Shown here: piece after piece, positions 1-8,492 of the stretch
Layout: every line of letters begins with the position of its first letter
Numbering within the stretch: the stretch's first letter is position 1
Notes under the pieces: model-generated
Told to the model about the DNA's origin: nothing
What the model saw: the letters and a program-made list of their open reading frames with translations, nothing else
Databases searched by the model: none
Made by a program: the position numbers and the translations under genes
Source of the DNA: a virus
IMG/VR virus record: IMGVR_UViG_3300044825_001015
Span: 40,845 to 104,844 of that record
Direction: 5' to 3' (one strand)
DNA: 64,000 nt

Positions 1-30
1 GTAGCATCAGAAACTGATGGTGGATACACT

Positions 31-1521
31 ATGCCAGTAGATTCCGCACGGTACGCAGCACAGATTCCAGGTGCTGATGTTAAAGATATAATCGCTCCAA
101 GTTTAAAGACAGTAACAGACTATAATCTAGCATTACAGGAACTTGATAAATTAAATGTAGCGCCAGATGTAGATCTAAGCCAAGTAGATGGTATGACCCA
201 GGAAACATTGTCTAATGTAACCAGCATCCTTCAAGAAATTTTAGCGCTACCAGATGACATTGTAAAAAGTATAGATGTTAACGCCGTATCAGCAATGGGA
301 GATCTTTCCAGATTTGAAGTTAATTGGAAGAAAGTAGATTCATTCCAAGATATAGAAAAGCAACTAGGAATGGCAGACAACTTCTCTGACACATTTAATA
401 AATTTGGAATAAATTACTCAGAGTTTGCAGCACTTCCAAATATTGTTAAGTACATGATTATGTACTATGTTGAACTTTTAATGAAAATTAATGCTCAAAT
501 TACAGCATTAGCAGGAACTGCAGCAACTGAGGGTCCAGAGGCTGGAAATAGAGCAATTGAAGGATTAAGAACCCAAGCCGCAACTATTATGGATACTGTA
601 AAGGGAATTATTTCTTCTGCTCAAGGATCTGGATATACTCCAAGCACTACTACTAGTCCTCCAAGCACTACTTCTGGTGGAGATGGCGGGTCTGGAGGAG
701 GAGGAAAAGATAAGAATCCATATGAAGATCTTATCAAGCAACAAAATAAACTTATAGATGGAATAAGAAGAGAAAGAGAAGAGAGGCAAAGAGTTTTAAG
801 ACTTCAAGAAGAATCTCTTAATTTTATGCTGAAGCAGCAAGGTCTGCAAAATCAAATTGCCCGTGCTAGGGCGGAGGGCAACCTTGCAGAAGCAGCATTA
901 TTACAGGCACAAAAAGATATAGATGCACAGCAGAGAGAGCGCGAACTTGAAGAAGAGAGAAGGCAGCAAGCAGAAGATCGTGAAATCCGCAAGAGAGAGC
1001 AAATTATTGAAATTCTTGAAAAGGGAGGAAAGTTTGCTGAAAAACTTGCTGCTGCAATAAAGAGACTTGATGGTGCTATCCCATATAGCCTTTTAGATGG
1101 TCGCGGAGGTAAGGGTAAAGGCAAGGGTAAGGGTAAAGCATTTGGAGGAATGATTTCTGGTCCAGGAGGCCCAAGAGATGACCTTATACCTGTAATGCTT
1201 TCAAACGGAGAATTTGTTGTTCAGGCTTCTGCCGTAGATAAGTATGGCGTTGGATTTATGCAAATGATTAATAATAAGCAACTTGATGGATTTGCTGGCG
1301 GAGGCTACTCATCAAGATACCCAGGAATGGTTGCTAAGATGGCTATTGGTGGTCAAGTAATGAGAGCGTCTGGAAGTGCATTGTTAGCAAACAATAATAC
1401 AGAGTATAATATAGAAGTAAATGTTGCTGGAACAAATGCTTCCCCAGATGATATTGCAACAGAAGTTATTAGAGCCATTGAAAGAAGACAAAGAATGAAG
1501 GGGACGATGATCAGAATATGA
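31..1521 (+). CDS. Tape measure protein, C-terminal part (gene probably starts before the window)
   Basis: Helical/coiled-coil sequence with the typical TMP C-terminal signature AFGGMISGPGGPRDDLIPVMLSNGEFVV; lies directly before the minor tail genes. Confidence 0.85.
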   Translation: MPVDSARYAAQIPGADVKDIIAPSLKTVTDYNLALQELDKLNVAPDVDLSQVDGMTQETLSNVTSILQEILALPDDIVKSIDVNAVSAMGDLSRFEVNWKKVDSFQDIEKQLGMADNFSDTFNKFGINYSEFAALPNIVKYMIMYYVELLMKINAQITALAGTAATEGPEAGNRAIEGLRTQAATIMDTVKGIISSAQGSGYTPSTTTSPPSTTSGGDGGSGGGGKDKNPYEDLIKQQNKLIDGIRREREERQRVLRLQEESLNFMLKQQGLQNQIARARAEGNLAEAALLQAQKDIDAQQRERELEEERRQQAEDREIRKREQIIEILEKGGKFAEKLAAAIKRLDGAIPYSLLDGRGGKGKGKGKGKAFGGMISGPGGPRDDLIPVMLSNGEFVVQASAVDKYGVGFMQMINNKQLDGFAGGGYSSRYPGMVAKMAIGGQVMRASGSALLANNNTEYNIEVNVAGTNASPDDIATEVIRAIERRQRMKGTMIRI

Positions 1522-1991
1522 CCTTCTCAACACCAAGCGTTATAAAACTTTCTGTAGTTGGAGGAAATGCTACAGAATTTGATAATTTAAATTCAGGCGG
1601 CGCCCTCACATTGTCTGATCATTCTAGATCCCCATTGTCCGTATCCTATGATGTTTTGAGCAAGTCTGACAGAATGGCAGATGGAACATTGAAGAGATAT
1701 GTTGTCGCTAGAAAGAAAATAATTCAATGTCAATGGTCTATGCTTCCAACAATCAGAAGCCAGGTTGCAGATGGAAATGCTGATGCAAGAGACATGAAAG
1801 AGTTTTATGAGTCTAATTTATATAGGCCCATGAGTATGACTTTATACTATAATAGAAATACTGCAGAGCGATCTGGCGGGGCGTATGCAGAAACACTATC
1901 AGTCTATTGGAACAATTTCACATTTGATGTAGTAAAAAGATATAAGAACTTTGACTACTGGAATGTAACAGCAGAATTTTTGGAGATATAA
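1518..1991 (+). CDS. Minor tail protein (distal-tail-like)
   Basis: Follows the TMP with an ATGA overlap; size and beta-rich composition fit. Confidence 0.65.
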   Translation: MTFSTPSVIKLSVVGGNATEFDNLNSGGALTLSDHSRSPLSVSYDVLSKSDRMADGTLKRYVVARKKIIQCQWSMLPTIRSQVADGNADARDMKEFYESNLYRPMSMTLYYNRNTAERSGGAYAETLSVYWNNFTFDVVKRYKNFDYWNVTAEFLEI

Positions 1992-4900
1992 TGCTAGGCA
2001 ATACTACAGTCAGAAACTCAATTAATGGGTCTGATGTTGTTGAAGCGAAGCCAAAAATTATTGCTGAATGGAATATGAATTCCATTGCAAGCCCATTTAT
2101 TCATGGTACTGAAACTCATCCAATATCTTTTACCCCGCTAACTCTTCAAAAGGGGGCGGCAGCGCCAAACATTACAAGTATTACTGAAACTTCAAACTTT
2201 GATAGAACTTTCTATAGTCCAGTTTTTAATGATAATACATCTCAATTAATTATTGCTTCTTCAAGTTCTACTTCTGCTCTAGTGTCTGGATATGCTATGG
2301 CTAATGGAACAGCATCTTTAATTTTAAAAAACAAGATACCAATTTCTAATGGCGATAGTATTCAAGTTTCTGGAGTAGGTCAACTTTTCGACGGCTCATA
2401 TGTAGTTGCATCACAACTAGGTGGAGTCCTTTTATCTTACGTTACAAATAATTCATCAAGTAATGTAAGCCTTACATCATCTCCAATACAAGGTAGAGTA
2501 TCTGCCAATATTTCAGAATATTATGTAGACTTTACAGTATCTACGTTTGCTAGCAGAGCAGCAAAAATATTTTTTAAATTGAAGTCTGACTATCAATTTC
2601 AATCACAAAGTTCTCAATTATTTTTAGAAGAATTTAATGTGACTCTTAGGGCGGTAGGTCTGAAAGATGGAGTCCCTGTATATACACAATCAATAACAAA
2701 GAATTACACAGTCAATTCAACTTCATGGACAGATGCATATATATCATTTGCAAATCCAGATAGCCAGGTAGATGTTGTTAGAGTTTATATCTCTATGGAA
2801 GTTTCAAATGATTATCGTGCCGCGTTGATAGTGGATCAGATATTTGGAGCGAACGTATCAGACTTTGAAGTGTATACAGAAGATAGAACCCCACTCTCAG
2901 AAGTTTTTGATGTTTATAGGCCAGGAGAAGTACTGCTAGATGCTGGGCCAAAAAATGTAGAAATAAACTCTACATTGACATATCCACAACAATGCACACC
3001 AACTCAGATGGCGCACAAGTATGCTATTGGTGATTTATATCAAAAGGTGCAGCGCAGCATAACCCCATTCGCTGGCAATCCATATAGTTACTATGTTTCT
3101 GCAACTGGGTGGGGTAGCAAAAGAATCTGGTGCATATACGATAAAGAAATTTCTGTAAATAAATTAGTAATAAAAGTCAATGCAATTGCAGCAAAGCCAG
3201 CGGTGGACTCTTTTGTAATAAAAATATTAGTAAATAAGCAATGGGAAACTATTCAAACAACTTCTATGGCATTTACTAATAATGGATTATTAACCCTCTA
3301 TTATAACGGTACTTCATGGAGTACAACACCATGGTCACTAGTTCCAACAATATCTGAAGCGACAGGACAAATAGATAAAAGAAGAATCATACAGGGCGTA
3401 GCGTTTGAATGCATTAATCAATCATACACTATAGAAAATAGTCCACTAAACAAGCCCGACGCTTTGCAAACATTAGAGTTGATAGAAATATCACCAAGAC
3501 TAGAACTTGATTTATCTAAGTTTGTTTCAGGACTTTCAGTAAATAAAGAGTTAGATAGTTCTGATATTCCGCTACCTCTAGGATCTATTACATCAAATAC
3601 TGCTACTATAGATTTTTCAAATATTCCAATAATTATCTCAAGTTCAGACATGAACACCGCAGAAGTTAATGATGTTGTTCCTATTAGCAATTATGCATCT
3701 ACATCTCCATTAAAAAATCTTTTAGTTAAGGGTGTCAAACTAAAAGGATCTTTTGACATTAATACTGGTGTAACATCTGGAACACAGAGTATTGTAAATG
3801 TACCATCCTTTATCATGTATGTAGAAAGATGGAAAGAGACAACAGACATTGTTTCTGCTGAATGCTATGATTCTGTTAAAAGATTACAAAATATAAAATC
3901 TAGACCTTTATATCTAAAAGATAAATCCATCAATGAAATAATATATAGCATACTTGACTCAGTAGGATTTGGAGACTACTACTTTGACGAACTAAGTAAA
4001 TTAAAGATAGTAAAGTATGAAAATGATCAATCTTCAATATCTGCTTCTACAACTTTAAATCAAAATATCGAATACTTCTGGGCAGTAGATGAAGATTCTA
4101 TTACAGATACCCTTAATGATTTATTAAAACCTTATCAAGTTTCCATATATACAGATGAGTATGGAGCATTAAGGTTCTTATCTCTGTATGAAATAAATAC
4201 AAAAGCAAATTCTGTTGCAGAATCAGATGTTTTATATATTCAAGATCTAAATCAAGTTCCACAGGGTGGAACTGTAAGAAGAAGCAATTTAATGTCCCTA
4301 GAGTTTGAAGAGATAGAAAGACCAGAGAAAGTAACTATTAAATATAAAAGACCTATGCCAAGCCTTTCTGACTATAGGCAGGCTAAAGACAGGCCGTATG
4401 CATCTATGACTGAGAGTGCCACAGATATTGTTTGGGAACCAGAGCAGCAGGCACAAGTACTCTCATTCTTTGAAATAGCAAGTCCAGGAATATTAACAGA
4501 AACACAGAATAGAATACCTTTCGACATTAATAGTGTTTCTAGAATAAATCGTGCGATAGAAAATTCTGGGTATTTATTGATTGATCAGGAAATAGTTAAG
4601 TATGATGGATTAGAGTATATATTTACATTTACTAATTCTACTGGAACATCTCAGTCAAGAACTGAAGTTATTAGAAATAGTGCAGATATAAATAGAGTTA
4701 TTTCAGAAATTTATCAATTAAATGAAGTTTCAAATATAACATGGAGTCCTTCAGGATACATGGTAAATGTAGAAAGAGGCTGCTTTGGCACAGAGCCAGC
4801 AAAGCATATTGTTTTATCTAATGGAAGTAGAAGCGGGTGGCTTGGTAGAGAATTCAATGCAGCATATAAACAAGTATCAAGTATAGATGAGGCAGACGGA

Positions 4901-5821
4901 ACATTTGGTGCTTCTAACGGTAATATTTCTATTAAGTGTGAAAAAGAAAGCGGAGGAATTTTAATATACCCATCTATTAATAATTTAGTAGGTAATAAGA
5001 GAAGATTCTTTGCAAGGTATGTATTAAATAATGTTCCTTCTGGGAAAACGGGATATTTAGGTTCTGTTGTCGGATTAAAAATAATTTCTAACCAGATACT
5101 TGATGGACTATTTGTATGGACTGGAGTTACAAATAAAAATAAGCAAACAACAATTACAATATCAATTGTTCAGGTTGTTAATGGAAATGTAAAAGTTATT
5201 TCAGAACCGAAAGACTTTGAGTTTACTGAAGATCTTTTCTCTGAAAATGAAGCACTTGAGATTTATATGGAATTTAATGATCCAATGAATAGGCTAAAAG
5301 TATTTATAGGATCAACATCACTATTTGAAGTAGTTAGATCAAAGGATAAAGAGAATGATCCTGGTAAGAGAAAGGTCGCATTTAAAACTTTAACAATACC
5401 GATCTCTTCAATTAATAAGGATGGCTTCTTTGGCTTTGCTGCCTTACAAAAGGGTCGTGGAACATTAGATGCTTTAGCGTTTACGGCTAGTTCTGATCCA
5501 AGAAATCTTAATAATATATCAATAAATTCATTAGATGGTGATTACTACGCTTCATCAAGTACCACTCCAGCATACTACGCAAATGCAAATACATTATTAA
5601 ATCAAATGGTTTACAACCAGTTCGTGCCTGGATTTAGCACATTCCAAGATTCGTTTGTATTTACTGGAGCGCCAGTAGCCAGAGGGATTAAGATATTCGA
5701 CGTAGAATATCAGGACTATCCAGTAATAGCATCACCAGAAGTTGAATTTTTGGGCTACTCATATAATATAGATGCTATCAGAGGATCTACTCCAATAACT
5801 GGTACGGAGGCAAATAAATAA
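1991..5821 (+). CDS. Large minor tail / baseplate hub protein (N-terminal portion)
   Basis: 1276 aa beta-rich protein in the tail module; hub-like motifs such as SIYTDEYGALRF and NVERGCFGT. Confidence 0.7.
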   Translation: MLGNTTVRNSINGSDVVEAKPKIIAEWNMNSIASPFIHGTETHPISFTPLTLQKGAAAPNITSITETSNFDRTFYSPVFNDNTSQLIIASSSSTSALVSGYAMANGTASLILKNKIPISNGDSIQVSGVGQLFDGSYVVASQLGGVLLSYVTNNSSSNVSLTSSPIQGRVSANISEYYVDFTVSTFASRAAKIFFKLKSDYQFQSQSSQLFLEEFNVTLRAVGLKDGVPVYTQSITKNYTVNSTSWTDAYISFANPDSQVDVVRVYISMEVSNDYRAALIVDQIFGANVSDFEVYTEDRTPLSEVFDVYRPGEVLLDAGPKNVEINSTLTYPQQCTPTQMAHKYAIGDLYQKVQRSITPFAGNPYSYYVSATGWGSKRIWCIYDKEISVNKLVIKVNAIAAKPAVDSFVIKILVNKQWETIQTTSMAFTNNGLLTLYYNGTSWSTTPWSLVPTISEATGQIDKRRIIQGVAFECINQSYTIENSPLNKPDALQTLELIEISPRLELDLSKFVSGLSVNKELDSSDIPLPLGSITSNTATIDFSNIPIIISSSDMNTAEVNDVVPISNYASTSPLKNLLVKGVKLKGSFDINTGVTSGTQSIVNVPSFIMYVERWKETTDIVSAECYDSVKRLQNIKSRPLYLKDKSINEIIYSILDSVGFGDYYFDELSKLKIVKYENDQSSISASTTLNQNIEYFWAVDEDSITDTLNDLLKPYQVSIYTDEYGALRFLSLYEINTKANSVAESDVLYIQDLNQVPQGGTVRRSNLMSLEFEEIERPEKVTIKYKRPMPSLSDYRQAKDRPYASMTESATDIVWEPEQQAQVLSFFEIASPGILTETQNRIPFDINSVSRINRAIENSGYLLIDQEIVKYDGLEYIFTFTNSTGTSQSRTEVIRNSADINRVISEIYQLNEVSNITWSPSGYMVNVERGCFGTEPAKHIVLSNGSRSGWLGREFNAAYKQVSSIDEADGTFGASNGNISIKCEKESGGILIYPSINNLVGNKRRFFARYVLNNVPSGKTGYLGSVVGLKIISNQILDGLFVWTGVTNKNKQTTITISIVQVVNGNVKVISEPKDFEFTEDLFSENEALEIYMEFNDPMNRLKVFIGSTSLFEVVRSKDKENDPGKRKVAFKTLTIPISSINKDGFFGFAALQKGRGTLDALAFTASSDPRNLNNISINSLDGDYYASSSTTPAYYANANTLLNQMVYNQFVPGFSTFQDSFVFTGAPVARGIKIFDVEYQDYPVIASPEVEFLGYSYNIDAIRGSTPITGTEANK

Positions 5822-7089
5822 TGGGAAATACTAATCCAAATGCACAGGAAGTAAGAGATGCACTTAGAGACTATAAAGTAGACTTTCAAACAATAGGTCC
5901 ATGGGATACTGTAGGAAGTGCCTGGAATAATACAGGTGGAGGTCTATATGGATGTATCATGCATCATACTGGGGCTGGAGTTCAGGGATATAAAGGGGCA
6001 CCCTCTCTTACATGGATGAGAAATCCAGTAATTGATGGACAGCCGCTTGGAAAGCCTGCATGTAATATTTTGGTAGGGCGCGGTAAAGGAGATACATATT
6101 TAATTTCAGCGCTAGCAGTTCTTCATTCTGGCCTAGGCGGACCTTGGCCTGCTATTGGAATTAATTCTGCAGGATATGGGGCAGAGTCCAGAACCTTTGG
6201 GGTAGAAATAGAAGGTTCTACGGCATATGCAAATATTCCAGAAAGTCGTCCGTACTTTACTGAATATCAAGAAGAGAATTCTGCAAGAATAGCAGCAGCA
6301 CTTTGGGATCTTTGCGGCTGGCCTGCAGATGGCTCCCGTATTGTCACACATGCTGACTGGACAGATTCTGGTAAATATTTAGGAACAAATAATTACGGAC
6401 CATATCTAGGAAGAAAGCCTGATACTAGAAGGTCTACACACTCTGGTAAATACTGGAGAAAGATGGCTGCAAAATATTTAGATCCATCTAAGGCAGGATC
6501 TGAACCATCTGGAAATACACAAAATGACGGCGGCAAAAAGGGATCAGACAATAAAACAGATGATAATGTTGTAGATTTAGCAAGACAGGTAAAGCCAAAT
6601 GCAGTTGCAAAATCTGTTGTAGCAGGCACTCCTCAAAGAGCCAGGTTTGCATTGATGAATATGGCTAATGAATCTATATATCTATCTGAAGGAGAAACAT
6701 CAGTACTTTCTGGAAGCGGCGAGGGGATACTTTGGGTTAAGGCAAGGACATTAATAGATGGAGAATCCTACGAAGTATCAAGAAAAATTTCAGACAAGTC
6801 TGCAAATGGAGATGTTACGATAGAAACTAATTGGATTCAAAATGATACATCTGCGGAAGCAGCCCTATCCCTCATAACAGACTCTTTTGATTTTAAATTT
6901 AAGTCTGTGACAGTACAGATTTTTGGCAATCCATTGATTCAATTAGGAGATTTGGTAAAACTTACATACAAGACTGGGAAGATATCATTTGATGACTCAA
7001 AATACTATATAGTAACAAAGGTATCCCAGTCTTTTGATATAGGTCTGTCAACAACCGTGTCACTCAGCCCTGTGAATAAATTCTCTTAA
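5821..7089 (+). CDS. N-acetylmuramoyl-L-alanine amidase (Amidase_2) fused to a tail-hub-type C-terminal domain
   Basis: Zn-amidase motifs MHHTG, LHSG, GVEIEG, THADW..RKPD; G/S/K/D linker; C-terminal IFGNPLIQLGDLVKLTY..YIVTKVSQSF. Confidence 0.75.
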   Translation: MGNTNPNAQEVRDALRDYKVDFQTIGPWDTVGSAWNNTGGGLYGCIMHHTGAGVQGYKGAPSLTWMRNPVIDGQPLGKPACNILVGRGKGDTYLISALAVLHSGLGGPWPAIGINSAGYGAESRTFGVEIEGSTAYANIPESRPYFTEYQEENSARIAAALWDLCGWPADGSRIVTHADWTDSGKYLGTNNYGPYLGRKPDTRRSTHSGKYWRKMAAKYLDPSKAGSEPSGNTQNDGGKKGSDNKTDDNVVDLARQVKPNAVAKSVVAGTPQRARFALMNMANESIYLSEGETSVLSGSGEGILWVKARTLIDGESYEVSRKISDKSANGDVTIETNWIQNDTSAEAALSLITDSFDFKFKSVTVQIFGNPLIQLGDLVKLTYKTGKISFDDSKYYIVTKVSQSFDIGLSTTVSLSPVNKFS

Positions 7090-7114
7090 ATGATATAATT
7101 TTAATAGGTGACCT

Positions 7115-7573
7115 ATGAATAAAAAAAAGCCAGATCCAAAGCCAGGTGTGTTTAAAAGACAAATTCTGAGATCTGCTAATGCATATACAGATGATAGAAT
7201 TGATGAAGTTCTGAGGCGTATTGAGTTATCAGAAGATACTGAGCCAGGTGACGGCGATGATGATAAAGATCCTAATAAGCCAAAACCACCAGGAGGTGGC
7301 GGAGGCGGTGGTGGACTAGGGGTAATTTTCCCACCAGAAACCCCTACCCCATGGGTAATACCAAGACCTCCAGTTAGAGAAGTTTCTGAAGTTGGTAAGG
7401 TTACTTCAATAAAATTCCAAGAAGGTGCTAGTCAGTTTACATATGACACAACTAAAACCTATGGAACTATGTACTTATCATCGGACGGATCTCTTGCAGC
7501 AAATGTAACAATAGAAATAGATGGGGAAGGCGAGATTGAAGATTACGAGGTACAGGTGACTAAAGTTGAGTAG
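7115..7573 (+). CDS. Pro/Gly-rich putative tail-associated protein
   Basis: ORF in the tail module after a TGATATAAT promoter. Confidence 0.55.
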   Translation: MNKKKPDPKPGVFKRQILRSANAYTDDRIDEVLRRIELSEDTEPGDGDDDKDPNKPKPPGGGGGGGGLGVIFPPETPTPWVIPRPPVREVSEVGKVTSIKFQEGASQFTYDTTKTYGTMYLSSDGSLAANVTIEIDGEGEIEDYEVQVTKVE

Positions 7574-8492
7574 CGGAAGGTATATATTAAGCATTGACAA
7601 TCAGATAATTTCTGAGTCATATAATGCTATTACAGATGAAGGACTTAATTTAATTAGATCATATCTAGCAAACCCTACATCTAATTGGGCAGGCGCTATC
7701 AGCGTGGGTGCTATGAATAGCACACAGTCAGCATCAACTAATACCTCCATGGACTTTGAATTAGCAAGGGTTCCAGTATTACTTAGATCTGTAGAAAATA
7801 ATGAAATTGTAATAAAGGGGGTGCTAGACTCAGATTTTTCTGGAAAGATATTTGAATTAGGCTTATACCCAGAAGTATTTAATATAGTTTCAAGCGGCTT
7901 TGATGATAAATTAATTTTAAATTTTGATGAACTATGGTTAAATACTTCAGATAATTTACAAATCAATTCTTCTAATTTTAGTTTAGATAGCAGGGCAGGA
8001 GAAAATAATCTAAAGATAGGAACCGCAGCGTTAGATATATACACTAACATAGGATTAAATATATCTGGCTACACGAACTTTGATGTAACATCTTTAATGT
8101 ATAACGTTACTGCTACTGGAACAAATAGATCATTTAGAGTAACGTTTATAGACAATCAGTTACCTACTCCTGGAACTAAATATGCAGACTTCATGCTAAA
8201 CTGCGCCTCCGTTGGCTATAAAAAGATAAATAAGTTGATCGGTGATTTTGTAGAAACTGGAAACTTTAATTCAGAAATCATAAAAATTAACATAACAGCA
8301 TCTTCATATGCAAATACTGCTAGAGTTGAACTGGATGCATTTAGAATAAATGACGCAGATGAAACTAATCCAGATTTCGCGTTAGTTAGTAGATCATTAA
8401 TAGGTACACAAAATGGATCTTCAGCATCAGATTATGTATACAAGCCAGGTGGTGTTGAAGTAGATATTGAATATAGGGTGCAGTTACTCTAA
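7566..8492 (+). CDS. Minor tail protein
   Basis: NAITDEGLNLIRSYLA...IFELGLYP motifs typical of baseplate/tail-fibre anchor proteins. Confidence 0.6.
   Translation: MSSGRYILSIDNQIISESYNAITDEGLNLIRSYLANPTSNWAGAISVGAMNSTQSASTNTSMDFELARVPVLLRSVENNEIVIKGVLDSDFSGKIFELGLYPEVFNIVSSGFDDKLILNFDELWLNTSDNLQINSSNFSLDSRAGENNLKIGTAALDIYTNIGLNISGYTNFDVTSLMYNVTATGTNRSFRVTFIDNQLPTPGTKYADFMLNCASVGYKKINKLIGDFVETGNFNSEIIKINITASSYANTARVELDAFRINDADETNPDFALVSRSLIGTQNGSSASDYVYKPGGVEVDIEYRVQLL

Noticed and set aside
1108-1137. GGTAAG/GGCAAG tandem repeat as a contingency locus
   Set aside because: In-frame Gly-Lys low-complexity linker with synonymous variation
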